Assembly: GCA_951406725.2 (NCBI GenBank)
Contig: OX597817.1
Span: forward strand, 126,418,001-126,482,000
DNA from: Octopus vulgaris
Lineage: Eukaryota
Reading direction: 5' to 3'
DNA: 64,000 nt
Positions 1 to 13,535 of this stretch are shown here, piece after piece (the first letter of the stretch is position 1; the number at the start of each line of letters is the position of its first letter). Below the pieces are notes generated by a model. That model was not told the DNA's origin, ran no database searches, and saw only the letters and a program-made list of their open reading frames with translations. The translations under genes and the position numbers were made by a program.

Positions 1-177
1 CAAGAATGCTCACGCACTTTTTCTATTCTTTGGCTGTGTGCAAATCACGCACGCACATATATTATTTTCAACACTCTCTCGTACATGCGCACGTGGACAC
101 GTAAATACATACATGTATGCATTTATGTGTGTGTGCGCGCCTGTGTGTGTACACACAGGCGATAAAGATATCTGATA

Positions 178-3100
178 AATGTCTGGAAATGGACTTATGC
201 TATCATGGTATATATTATTATACAGAAAAATGCAAAATTTTCGTCTAGATCAGTCACGTGCATTTACTCTCTCAAACCCCACAAACTCCGAAAATGGAGG
301 ATTTCAGTATTTTTTTACAATGGCACTAAGACTTTGGAATTTATGTCAATACTCACTCTATTCAGTATTGCTTATTATTCAATGAAAAAAAGAATGATGA
401 AGGTTGCATGAATATCCGATTATTTGTTCATAAGTTATGTATTTTTCATTTATAAATTTGCATGATAAAAAAACTATGCTGGACTGCGTGGATGAATCTG
501 CATAATATTAAGAACCACTTGCATAAACAAGTTTTAGTTTGCTTTGACTCAACACCTCTCAAGCGTTTAAATCATGGGAGAGATCACTTCTTGCTGAAAC
601 CTGTTGCCACTCGTTTCGTTTCATAACATTTTGTCACTGCTCAATCAGTTTTCTTTCTTAATTATAGAGAAAAGTTTTATTGTGTTCCTGGAAACTATTT
701 TCCGTTAAATTACGTGTAATGGCTTCTAACAGTATCCTATTTTAGGTAACATCAGGCCTTTTCAAGATAACGTTCTTCCAACAGATCGATGTTTTAAGTA
801 ATTTCATGTACATACAGTCTTATGAGAGACTTCCAAATCGAGGTGTAGTTGATATCATAGTCTCAAGACTAGCAACCTTTCTGATTGAGATATGGAATAG
901 AGCACCCATTCCTTGCCTGTCTTTTCAACGTATAAGGCCAATAATTAAATCATGGTATGAGTAATATTGCAATCTGATGAAAAGTCTTGGTCGAGTTGAC
1001 AGTGATTGTTACGTTAAAAGAATTTCCGAATTGAGACTATTTTGTGGAAACTTACTGGATAAAGTCTGCTTACTGGATAAATGCAAAGTATTTAGTTTTT
1101 TTTATAGTAGAGATAAGAAAGTACTCGTAGAATAATTCCCTGTAGAGAATTTTTAGTTGATCAAAGGACTCAGGGGAGTATGTTTATTGGTGGAGTAGTA
1201 GACAGACGTGCAACACGAAGAAGTATTGCAAGGTAAAAGAGATTAGAGAAACTGCATTAAAAACAAATGGAAATGAATAGTTCTGCGCGTGAAAAGTGGC
1301 AATGTTCCTGGAAAAAGGATGTCTAACGTGAAGAAAAACAATGTGAGAAAAGTAAATAAACAAATGAGGAGAATCTGATAAATATTGTCTCTCAGACTGA
1401 TCTGTAGCAGCTGTTGCTTCTGCCCTACTCACAGTAACAACATAAAATGATCATGTAATAGACCGTTCTAAAATAAGAAGAGAAAGAACCAAATACAGAA
1501 GTATTCTTGCGAGAGGAAGTGATATTCAAAACTTAGAAGCACTCTACTTTGACAGACGAAAAGACCAAACAACGATTCAAGTAAAAAAAGGAACTAAGTC
1601 TATTCTCAGATCGGTTCTGAAGAACGCATTATTTTGATTGAAGAACACAATCCACTCAATATTGACCATATTGTCCCTGGTTCTTGTCACTCATCAGCTA
1701 TTACATCAATGATATTATCATTCTCTGCTGAAAAATGATGATGATTTGGATGATTTAACTGTAGTTGGCTGTGATACGACAAATCTTAACGTTGGAATTC
1801 ATAATGGTGTCATTCGACCGCTAGCGTCCACACCAAGTGTTAGTCTGTCTGCTTCATGCAAATGAATTATTGTTGAGACGTTTATTCATATTTATTGACG
1901 GGTCAACATCAGGATCATCGAGCTACTCTGGAATGATTGGAAGGGAAATAAAAGAGTGTGAAAATCATCCAGTTGTCTAATTTGTTCCTATTAAATGTCA
2001 GCTTTTGTCACAAAGCCAAAACTTAGATTTGAACAATGACCCAAAGCTATGATTTATGCTTTTTGAGAGAGTAAGCTTTCGGATAATAAATGACAATCTG
2101 GCTCACAGAAAACCGGGACCAGTCTCTCATTCCAGATGGATAACAACCACCATTAGAATCCTTCGACCATATGTTACAAAAGTTTGTCCTTCTCATGAGC
2201 TTGTAACTTTAGTAACATTTGTGATGCAAGTGTATAGACCAGTTTGGTTTCAAATTAAAGGCACACAATCATGCAGCTTTGAATATCCGTACTTATTTCA
2301 AACGATTAAGCTTTCAGGATATCTTCCATATCAATATCAAAGGATTATTGATAATGACATCCAAAGAAATTGGTTTTTCGCCCACCCAGAGAACATTCTT
2401 TTCAGCATGCTGTGTGATGACCGAGATCACATTGGTGAACTCACGATAAGGAGGATCCTTTCGTTTAAAAAGAACATGAACGCTCCATCAGAAAATTTCA
2501 AGTCCCGGAAATAAACTTTTTGCCTAGAGTTTACACCGAGCTCATATCATGAGAAAAACACTAAACATCTGGCCCACCTCACTCATCAAATATGAAACTC
2601 TACATTGTCTTCTGGAAGATCAAAGTATTCCTAAATAGAGTTTGAAAAGTTTCATTGTCACTGTCAAAGTGATGAAAAGCAGTAAAATTAGTTAGTAAAA
2701 CTTCACTTGCAGTTTGTGGAGAGGCCAATAGGGAGGGCTTTATTCATGCCAGGATAAAATTCCGTGCACCATTAGAAATATGATAATAAAACGCAGTTTA
2801 ATGCGTAATGTACTGTCATGAGATAAGGAAGGTTCGCGCTGCAGCTACTTCCTCGTGATAAGTTCTGTGGTGTATTAAGCGAGGTTTCGTCTTTCAGCAT
2901 ACTGTCTAGGCAAATAATGAGGTTGACATTTCGAAGAATGTATGATTTACATTAGAAACATTACATTGAAAAATGATGCTGAAACTGCTCGCCAACATTC
3001 ACCAACATTATATACAATATGAAAACAATATGTAAACAAAATATAAAGAAACCTTATAAAAATATAAAATGCTGAGTAGTATGAGGATGCGAATGTGCAT

Positions 3101-3502
3101 GCATGTTTTCGCATTTTACTGAACATTATCATGTTATAATTCCATCAAGCATCATTGCAGGCTGGCCAGCAAAATTAAAATTGTAAACATTCATAAATAA
3201 AAAGTACATAACTTCCGAACAAATAAACGGATTTTCATGCAACCTTCATCAATCTTTTTCGCATTCAATAATAAATAATACTGAATGGAGTGGATATTCA
3301 CATAAGTTATATAGTTTTAGCGCTTTTGTAAGAAATTTACAAAACTCCCACATTTTCGGAACTTAGTGTGCTTCCGTGAGTAAATGCATATGATTGATCT
3401 CAAAAACAATTTAGCATTTTTCTAGTAATCAAATACATGTCATTGTAGCTCCCAGACATTTGCAATTTCTACAGATTTGTTTTTTACTTTCACACCACCC
3501 TA
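178..3502 (+). mobile_element. Decayed hAT-superfamily (hATx/hATm-like) DNA transposon with long imperfect TIRs
   Basis: 178-455 is the reverse complement of about 3190-3465 (e.g. gatgaaggttgcatgaa / ttcatgcaaccttcatc and tccgaaaatg / cattttcgga). The right end reads TAGGGTGG on the minus strand (ending at 3502); the left tip is eroded. A transposase pseudogene lies inside. Confidence 0.8.
719..2808 (+). pseudogene. Transposase pseudogene (hAT-like; CxxH motif, DDE-type)
   Basis: Manual translation across frameshifts and stops gives EIWNRAPIP, LYFDRRKDQT, VVGCDTTNLNVG..GVIR, VCLLHANELLLRRLF, KPGPVSHSRWITT.IRILR and NWFFAHPENILFSML (ORF 2056-2514), then a CHCQS..AVKLV C-terminus. These motifs are typical of this transposase group. 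Confidence 0.8.
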
Positions 3503-4412
3503 CTGTGCAAGGTACAATTAAGATGTGCGGCGACTGCGAGAATTTGATGTTCCTGCTCAGAAATGCGTCTGAATGAAAAGATGTTCTGAACCTTCGAACT
3601 GCAAAGTTGGTGTGTAATGGCATATCACTTTTGAATGCTTCAGTGACATAAAAATATACAAACATACACGCATACATACAAACATTCATACGTACATCAT
3701 TCAACTACGGTAGTACAAGCATAAGTTTCTTAAGGCCGCAATTTACTCACACGCACCATCTTTCGGAGCTCGTCGCTAATTCAGTACATAACCAAATTGA
3801 ACACTATTAACATTTCCGGAAGAGGAATGGTCCCCAACTAAATTTTGACACACAAAAAATTGAAATTTTTCCAGTAGAGAAAGGTTTACTTCAAAATTTG
3901 TAGCAACGTTATAGAATAGTAAGTAACGCCATCAATTAAATTTAGATCTAAATAACTTTCTCATTTTAAAAGCAAAATATATTTATCTTAGCTTCAATGA
4001 CAGAAGAAGACATGAAGAATTTCATGCCACAAAGAATGTTATAAAAATTTTGTGAGGTAAAATATCATGAAGAAATATAAGAAAAAAATGGATTTAAGTA
4101 CAATTAACATTTTTATTTTAAAAACAAACTATATTTTAATTAAGCTTAAATTGTAGAGCTCAACTCGAGGAATTACATGTTATTAATTGCATGCAATGAA
4201 GTTTTAAAAGGAAAAGGTTATGAATGTTCGTTTCTCAAATTTGATTGTGATAATATAGTTCTATACATTTTTATAAATATAGTTCTATAAGGGGACTATT
4301 GAAAGATGTCACGGGCATCACTGAAGTAAGAAAAAAATTATCAACGCCATCGCGAATTGACACATTTGATATATTATTCATTATCATAAATGCATAGCCA
4401 GGTAAAAAATGG

Positions 4413-5241
4413 ATTACATGGAAAAATGCGAACAAGAGAAACAATATTCCTAAGATTATAAATCTGGAAGTGTACAGGACAAGTTATAACACTTGAAAAA
4501 GTTCAGGACAAGTTATTACATCCGGTAAAGTACAGAACAAGAGACTGTTTACCTAAAATACTGCAGGTAAGGATAAAATTTGAATATGAAAAAGTATATG
4601 ATTTTCATTTATAAAGTAAAACAATAATTTAAAAAGGTACCATCATTTTGTTGAAATACTGAAAAAATGAGAGCCAAAAGTACCAATATAGCTATAGCTT
4701 TATGCAAAGTAGAATAGTATATATGGTAGGCAAATTCATTTTATGAAAAATAGGCATTGGCTCAACATTAAAAATGTGAAGGCAATGACTTTTTCTATAA
4801 CACAATCAAATGTTACTGTGAATTTGTTGTTTTAGGTAGATTGTACTTTAATATTTAGCTAATCCTTTATTATTATATTTATTGTACTTAGTTATTATGT
4901 AATACTATTATTTTTATAACGTATTTTCAAATTTCCAATTATTAATTAATAATAAAATGATGAAGTTTTTTTAAAGTGCAAAACATATTTTAAGTTAGAT
5001 ATTGTTTTGTTTTTTCATAAACAAGTAATAACAAATAGAAGTAATAGAAGTAATTTTTAAAGTTTTAATAAAAGCTAATATTTTCTAAATCTAAATATTT
5101 TAATTGAAAGTATATGCTTAGATGCAATATTTTAAGTAAAAATGTTCTTGTTCTTTACTTATATAATAACGTGTCGTGTACTTTTCCAGCTTTATAATTT
5201 TAAGAATATAATTTGTATTTGCTCGTATTTTACCATGTAAT
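4413..5241. mobile_element. Non-autonomous TIR element (MITE-like)
   Basis: 4413-4483 (attacatggaaaaatgcgaacaa...tataaatctggaagtgtacaggacaag) is an imperfect inverted repeat of 5170-5241. Subterminal repeats of (a)gtacaggacaag occur at 4470-4540. The interior is AT-rich and non-coding. Confidence 0.6.
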
Positions 5242-6169
5242 ATATGTGTGTGAGAGTGAATGCGTGTGCGTGTGTGTTTGTGTGTGAGTTTGTGTTTACG
5301 CGTTTTTGGGTGTATGCGTGCCTGCGTGTGTATGACATAACAGCTATGGTGAGATACACCGATGATATTTCTACTCCATTAAACAGAAAATTTATTTATT
5401 ATGTCGTAAAAAAACCTTAGGAACAACATTATCCATTAGTTAATGTGGTATGTATACTGAGTGAAATTTTATGGGACTGATCACTCCGAAATGCCTTAGA
5501 AAATATTATTTACTTTTCAAGTTATATATGGTCATAGACCTTAGGAGATTATTGTAGTTCCTTAGTAAGTGAATTTAGCAAAACTCCAACCTAGATATAT
5601 ATTCTTTTAAAAGTTAGCAATTCAACGACATAAATCATTTGTGGTTAAGCGAAACTTGAAAGCGAATGACTTTGTGAAATTAAACAAATGAGCATGCTCC
5701 TTTCAAATGAAATAATTTTACAAGACACTTGTTTGAATTATAATGGTTTGAATGTTTAAAAAACAAAGCGCCCACTCTAAACAATTTTCTGTCACAATTT
5801 AGCAAAGAAAATTAATGAATGTCATTCTCCCTGACATTTTCAGCTACGAAATCGTGTAACGAGAAGAGTTGTATCTTAAAACAAAATAAAGAAAATTAAG
5901 GAACTAATACATATGAGAATATATACTACCTGAACACAAGCGTATCATTAACTATTTCGAGCACACATCTATATCGAGGTTTGCTTTACACGTATTTTTC
6001 AATAATCTTTTCGGACTAATGTGTGATAATGATATCAATATTAAATGCATTATTTAACATATATTTTTCTTTCACTAAATCCCCTCCAGCTATTTTGGTT
6101 TTGTTTGAAAGGTAACAACAGCACACCTTTCTGATGTTGAAGTAGAATATTTTGTATGTTCATTAATAC

Positions 6170-6275
6170 AGTAGTAGTAGTAGCTGCAGTAGCAGTTGTT
6201 GTAGTAGTAGTAGTAGTAGTAGCAGCAGTAGTAGTAGTAGTTGTAGTAGTAGTAGTAGTAGTAGTAGTAGCAGTA

Positions 6276-6310
<35 letters not shown>
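6170..6310. repeat. (GTA)n followed by (TA)n microsatellite
   Basis: Direct reading. Confidence 0.95.
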
Positions 6311-6313
<3 letters not shown>

Positions 6314-7799
6314 TATAGTATTATTGAAAGTGAGTTGCATATTCATTAAAACTAATCAGTTTATATATATTTTTGGGTGATATTAATAGTTTTACTGCCA
6401 TGCTCTATTCCAGTGATATTTCATTAAAACTCGAAGAAATATCTTCCATCGGTTAAGGATAATAAATCGTAACACACTTAAGCAGGGCTTACGTTACGGA
6501 AATAAAATAGATAAAAATGAAATGAAATTTAGTAGGAGTAGAAAATCGCACGCATGCAAATTCAAATTATATAGCATTTAATTAGCTGATCTAGTCAATA
6601 ATCTTTATTGCTTTTAACTCCGGCAACCTTTAATTTGCTGATTATTGAGTTTCTTCAACATTTATATTAATGATAATTCTACCATACCTGTCTAATGTAA
6701 CGTAAACAGAATAACCATAACAATAACATATTTTCAGGAAAATAGTCAGCCATTTGTACCCAAAAATCGACAACTGTACCTTAAAGTTAAATATTAGTTG
6801 CATTTTCCCTGCAGAATATGCTTTAAAATGCTCACTGTTTTAGGAAATTTCAGAAAGTACAATATAAAAGTTTCATATAAATGTTATCAAAAGCAAAGTG
6901 CTGCGAGAATCATAAATAGTTGTGCTTTGTCGGAGACAATTCTTGTTGAAATACTTGACCTTACTAGTATTCAGAACTGATAGGAACATCAGAGTGAAGC
7001 ATACAAGTAAAAATGCATTATTAATGGAATACCTGAAAGCAATACTGAACTGTCTGAGGCAAGAGCATTTTAGGTTTCTTTTTAATGTGTTCAGGTGTTG
7101 ATGCTAAATGCTATGGTTATAAAAGCAAACAACTTGCTTCGGCATTTTATGTTATAGACTTACTTCCAACATCTCCCTAAAGTGACAATGATTGTTATGT
7201 TGATGAAAATCATGTAGCATAGAAGCTGTTGCAATGAAAGTTTACATTTTACTCAAATGTCATGCCAAACTCTGCTACTGTCTACATTACATTCTTTCTT
7301 TTTTATATTATTAGTTTCCTTCTCCATTTATTTACTTTGGTTATTTCTATCTTTACTTAGCAAATGTTACGAGGTTTTTGGTGGTATAGTGTTTCATGTT
7401 TGATTTATTGGTTGTGAGATCTAACATACATTGATTCAGATCAACAATTTTACTGTATTTGTTGCAGCCCAATCTTTGGTGAAAATATAAAAACATAAAA
7501 CACATGATTATATGTTTAGTTCTTATCATCATCTCGATATATGTTAAAACAATTGCAATACTTACATTTCATTATTTGACTGAGACATATTTCAGGTATC
7601 CAATGCATTTAACTTCATAAAGTTTAAATTATAGTTGTTACAAAACTTGTGACGTCCAGAAAATTGCAAAACATTTTGCTGGTATAAGCTAACATTACTT
7701 CTTTTCAATATTTGCGTTAATTATTCAAAATGAAATTCTACGACGTTGTCGCGAAAACAATACACAATATGCTCTGGTGAAAAGACTGTCTTGAAATAA

Positions 7800-8140
7800 A
7801 TATAGGTATTATTGAATACCTATACAATCATCAACATAAAGAATATTATTGGAACATCCTTATCAACAAAAGGTGTATTCACAGCAGGCTGGATATTGCT
7901 GTTTGGGGTAGACAAGAAACATTACGTACCGTCATTAAGGTGGGCTGTCCTGCTGATGTGTATACTTCTTTGAAAATCAAAGTGATATAAGATAACTATG
8001 GAGGACTGCTTCGATTCCTCTAACTACTGAATTCCTGATAAGCAAGAGTGACAAAAATGTTACCAACTTACTCGTAAATTACCAATACAATCATTAATTG
8101 GAATACTGCACATTTGCAAGACATCTCCTCAAGTTGTTTC
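7800..8140 (+). mobile_element. R4/Dong-like non-LTR retrotransposon, REL-endonuclease 3' fragment (decayed)
   Basis: Translates as EYLYNHQHKEYYWNILI..HSRLDIAVWGRQETLRTVIKVGCPADV..NYGGLLRFL..RKLPIQSLIGILHICKT, matching the RPD..E.SCP.D.N REL domain. Confidence 0.7.
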
Positions 8141-8249
8141 CGTTATTTAGATTCTTACTACAGCGCTCTGCATCTTTGAAAGAAACCAGCTCCTTTCTCT
8201 GAGGAAAAAAATGTAAATAATGAAAACAAACCAAAAATATATATACATA

Positions 8250-8920
8250 TATACACACATCAAGTGACAATTACAATTAGTCACAACATTCTGGCAAAAC
8301 ATGGAATATAGTTTGGGCAGGAGAGAGGCTCATACATAATAGTCCACAGAGGAACAATTGTATAGCAGCCAGAGAACGTGTATAGGAAAGGCTCGTCTAT
8401 CTCTCCTATCTGTAATGATGAAAATTATAAGCATCTGGGAATCGATGAGAGTGTTTCCTACGTTGTTTCTCTGACTAAAGTCAGAATAGCTTAACAGTAC
8501 TTAGGGGGACATCGGAAAATATGGAACTCAGAATTAACTGCATTAAGCAATATTCAAGCATGAAACCTATCTCACAATTCTTTTTACGACTGCAACGCTA
8601 CATTGACGACAGTTGAGATATTGGGATTGAACACTTGACAAGGTCCGCATCATGGACATCAAAACTATAAAGTTACTGACCACCACTGGCAAACTCAACA
8701 TTAACATCATCATGGATAGCATTTATATCAGAAGACGTAATGTCGATAGAAGCATAAAATCGTTCCAAACAGCTGTTTGATTTCGCATTGTGTCACACAG
8801 AGAGCACTTGTCAAAGGGTAAAGAAAGAGATGAGTAAATTCCATGTACACAGTGTGGCTAGAGCAACGAAAACTTTGAAAGTCGGAGGGGAACTACTGAG
8901 CAGGTACTCTGAGAATACAA
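8250..8920 (+). mobile_element. R4/Dong-like LINE, RT C-terminal/thumb fragment (decayed)
   Basis: Translates as QLQLVTTF..FGQERGSYI, ENYKHLGIDESVSY (YKYLG motif), RKIWNSELTALS and MDIKTIKLLTTTGKLNINIIMDSIYIRRRNVDRSIKS. Confidence 0.75.
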
Positions 8921-10437
8921 CTGTCTCATGCGAGTCATAGGAATCTGGACTGGCTTACATAAACAGAGGCGATGCATGGAAACATATCCTGTACCCTAGA
9001 GGACATGAACAAAGACACCACCAAACATCCACGTTGTGATAAAAAAAAAATAACCGTGGATCCAGAAGAGACTCCAAATGAGCTCATGGATGTTATTTGA
9101 TCAACTTATTCCTGGTCTGCCCTCGTGTCTCCAGCAGGCTGTTTTTTTGTTTTTTAAGTAAACTCTATCCTACGATTCATTGATGAAACATTATTATCAT
9201 ATGGCCGTAATACGGGAGCTATGATTTCTCAATTTGAAGAAGTAGCGGTTCTACTTGCAGTGTCTCACAGATCTCCGCGTTATGCACTCTCTTGAATGAT
9301 GCTACTCCAAATAGCCTACGGGGAAACCCATCTCAGCTGTAAAGCTAAACCTACATTAGCCAAAACCTAAAACCTGTATTTATGATTAGATGAATAATGT
9401 GAATACATATACAAGAAAGATTTCATGTTACGACGAGACGAGTACGTCGCCTAAAAGTTGACTAGTCTTCGCAGAGCTGAAAAAATTTCGAGATTGGTGA
9501 ATAACGCGAATAAGAAGGCAACAAAACAGCAGGATTGTTAGAAGCAATAAAAACGTACATATATTATCGTCCTTCGCAAGCAGTAACAAGGGGCACGTTG
9601 TAGTATTAAATATAGGTGCATCTCACAGAAATATATTGCAGCCTACATTCAAAGTTGTGAAAACGGGCGACGAGCCTGCAACAAGTGAAGCGTGGGATGG
9701 ATGCTCAAACATGACGTCCTTCGAGACCTGTAGAAAGAAGGAGATATTTATCAAACAACCAAAATATTTCTACCGCCACTTCAACGAAGAACTCGTGCAC
9801 ACTTCATTAGCAAGCAAGCGCTTCGTTGTTCGAATATTGAGTAGTTTTAGCTGGTAATCAACAGTGTTGTTGCCCATGAAACCAGCTGCTTAGACTACTT
9901 TCATACTAGATCTCGGCGAGATTACATCCCGATGTCAATATACAAATGAACAATTGCTCGCCTTATTCGTAATACTATTCGTACATGTAATACATTGAAC
10001 ATTTGAAGGACATATATAATAATTCTGAACGAATATGCCCGTGATTTAATGTAGTAAATGGTACCGTGCTTACTCGACAAGAATCCATAGAAGAGAATGA
10101 GCAAAATGCAAAATAACAAGAACAACCAGATTTGAATATATCAAGATGAAATTCAATGCAAGCACCTGCTCTCATGTATGAGTCAAGCAAATCATAAATA
10201 ATCAATAAAAAACGGCTACATATTGAGGGCTATTAATTGCAAGAATCTAAAATTGACACGCTTCATTTCCCAAACGTAAAGAGCGGGTAATATGATTTCT
10301 ACGTTTTTGTGTATGTTTGATGTTTTATATATATTGTGTAAATTGTATTACCATGTGTATATAAATATAAATGTGATAGTATATATGCATATGTGTGTAT
10401 GTCTGTAAGCTCTCTATGGACGTAAAACACACATAAA

Positions 10438-10439
<2 letters not shown>

Positions 10440-10487
<48 letters not shown>

Positions 10488-10549
10488 CATACATATATAT
10501 ATATATATACATATATATATATTTATTTGCTCATCGTTTTCCACATACG

Positions 10550-10620
<71 letters not shown>

Positions 10621-10626
10621 ATACAA

Positions 10627-10665
<39 letters not shown>
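10440..10665. repeat. Compound (CA)n/(TA)n/(GT)n microsatellite
   Basis: Direct reading. Confidence 0.95.
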
Positions 10666-10667
<2 letters not shown>

Positions 10668-11120
10668 CTCGGTGCGGCATAAACTTTTGATCTCCTTGGA
10701 ACGTGATGATTTACCAATTATTCAAATATAAATTGAAACATTCTGATTCCCAAAAGTATTAGTAAATATTGTGTAAGTATTTCATAACATTTATGTTTCA
10801 TTGCTTAACCCGAATTGAATGTGTTGACTCAAATAAAATTTGAACAAGTTGCGGTATTGAAATTGTTTGGTATATAGAATTGTGAAGTAAACATTGGCTA
10901 ATATAAAGAATTAAGCACTATGGTGATAACCTTTCAAAGATATAAATGTATGTAAAATATAAATAACTTTAACAATGATGCTGTAAACCTTCATTAGACA
11001 AAATTAAAACTTGTATTTATAATTGAATGAATAGTGTGCAAATGCATGTGCTGTACACTGTAGAGATACGCGCGCGCACCACTACCCCCACCACACACAC
11101 ATATATATATATATATATAT

Positions 11121-11333
11121 GTGGAGGCGCAATGGCTCAGTGGTTAGGGCAGCGGACTCGCAGTCGTAGGATCGCGGTTTCGATTCCCAGACCGGGCGTT
11201 GTGAGTGCTTATTGGCGAAAACAGCTAAAAGCTCCACGAGACGGCGTCATTCGAAGGCTAATAGAATGCGAACACATTGTGACCAGCAATGTGTAACAAC
11301 GTCTGATGGTCTGATCGGTCACGTGATCACGTG

Positions 11334-11334
<1 letters not shown>
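11121..11334 (+). mobile_element. tRNA-derived SINE, family A (internally deleted copy)
   Basis: Pol III A box TGGCTCAGTGG and B box GGTTTCGATTCCC. It matches the longer copy at 60208-60502 (minus) but lacks its middle. Flanked by (TA)n. Confidence 0.85.
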
Positions 11335-11380
<46 letters not shown>

Positions 11381-11689
11381 TGGACAAACGAAAGAAGGTC
11401 GCTCAACAAATTTATTTCGAATTACATGTATGGATCAAATCAGTTTCATTCAAATTCGTTGGTTCTCTTGACATTCAAGCGTACAGAAGTACACGCTCGC
11501 ATCAATACACACATGCACACAATAGCATGAGCGTATTTTGACACTCACATATAGAACTATATACTTGCATATATCACCCACTTCCTACTCCCCTGCAACA
11601 ACCTGACCGATTTCCTAATCACCACGTGGTATATTTCCTGTCCTCTACGTAGTCAATTTCCATTTCAACATGCGGTGTTTTCCAACTAG

Positions 11690-11800
11690 ATGTTACCCAT
11701 TTACCAACTTCAACCCACGACACCGCATGACCTTCTCCGACTGATCTCAGTCTACCTTACCGGTCTCTCATTTAAATTCAAAATGGCATCACACTTGAAA
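11690..11800 (+). mobile_element. Possible Penelope-like RT remnant
   Basis: QPTTPHDLLRLISVYLTGLSFKF resembles the PLE RT segment P.T..LLRL.E.VLT.N.F.FNG. Short and degenerate. Confidence 0.3.
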
Positions 11801-11861
11801 CTCAAGAATAGCAATGAATTTCAATCAGTTTTGATCTATACATATACAAATATACATATAC

Positions 11862-11954
<93 letters not shown>

Positions 11955-11956
<2 letters not shown>

Positions 11957-12224
11957 CACACAATTGCAGCATGGAATGTGTTTATATGCCACAAAAAGCA
12001 TTAGATTCTCTTCACCATTTAAATTTAACTTCCCAAAATATTTTCTTCCCTTTGAGACTGCGACGAATTCATTAACAACATTCCCTGTGGAATGAATGAA
12101 TACAGCCTTTCAATCCCCATAAATAAGCGTGGGATTATAAGCACCTTCCAGGCTGCAATCGTTTTCGTTTCAGCACACGATCGCAGATCAGGTCACTTGC
12201 TACGCAAGTACATTTCCGTAATAT
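11955..12224. mobile_element. Short repeat/MITE embedded in (TA)n
   Basis: 12152-12222 is the reverse complement of 51140-51210 (gcaagtgacctgat.tg.gat/ccgtgtgc). An internal inverted repeat pairs 11960-11990 with 12132-12162. Confidence 0.55.
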
Positions 12225-12225
12225 G

Positions 12226-12306
<81 letters not shown>

Positions 12307-12309
<3 letters not shown>

Positions 12310-12785
12310 ACTTATAAATAAGAGCAAACGAAAAACAATTCTAATGCCAAATATGCCGAAACTTGGACATATTGTCCATAACCATATAATTTTTCACAAT
12401 ACGTACGCTACTCGAAAAAAAAAAGCCGACAGAAATTTCAAAAACATTTCTAAGTACTTAATTGTGCTCATGACTTAGTGTTTTGCTTCTTCCATGGTTA
12501 TGAGTAAGTATTTCATTTATTTCTTTGCCACATTTATCACTGACGAAGAGAGGGTTGTTACGAACTAACCCTGAAATCGGTTCGATATGGTAATAATGGA
12601 ATTCTTTAGAAATTTCTGTCGGCTTTTTTTTTTCGAGTAGCGTGCGTATTGTGAAAACAATATCTGGTTATGGACAATATGTCCAATTTCGGCATATTTG
12701 GCATTAGAATTTTTTTTCGTTTGCCCTTATTTATAAGTTGTTTATAACTTTAACCGTTAAAGGTAATCTTTCGAAAAAATTTTTA
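12307..12785. mobile_element. Penelope-like pLTR fold-back (inverted arms 12307-12443 and 12605-12741)
   Basis: The arms are near-perfect reverse complements, a hammerhead-like motif lies in the spacer, and (TA)n flanks both sides. Confidence 0.7.
12535..12587 (+). ncRNA. Degenerate type I hammerhead ribozyme motif
   Basis: tatca-CTGACGA-ag-agagggtt..aaccct-GAAA-tcg-GTT-cgata. Stem II is agggtt/aaccct; stem I tatca/cgata has one mismatch. Confidence 0.5.
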
Positions 12786-12793
12786 TCTTACAT

Positions 12794-13535
<742 letters not shown>

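Noticed and set aside
6050-6380. ORFs of poly-T/V, YI, I, L, HT or CV (here and at 10299, 29543, 32183, 35984, 39140, 44097, 55363 etc.)
   Set aside because: They are translations of microsatellites with no coding evidence.
9400-10250. Possible Ginger/integrase-like or Helitron remnant (RCISQKYIAAYIQSCE)
   Set aside because: Only one vague motif; it cannot be assigned without a search.
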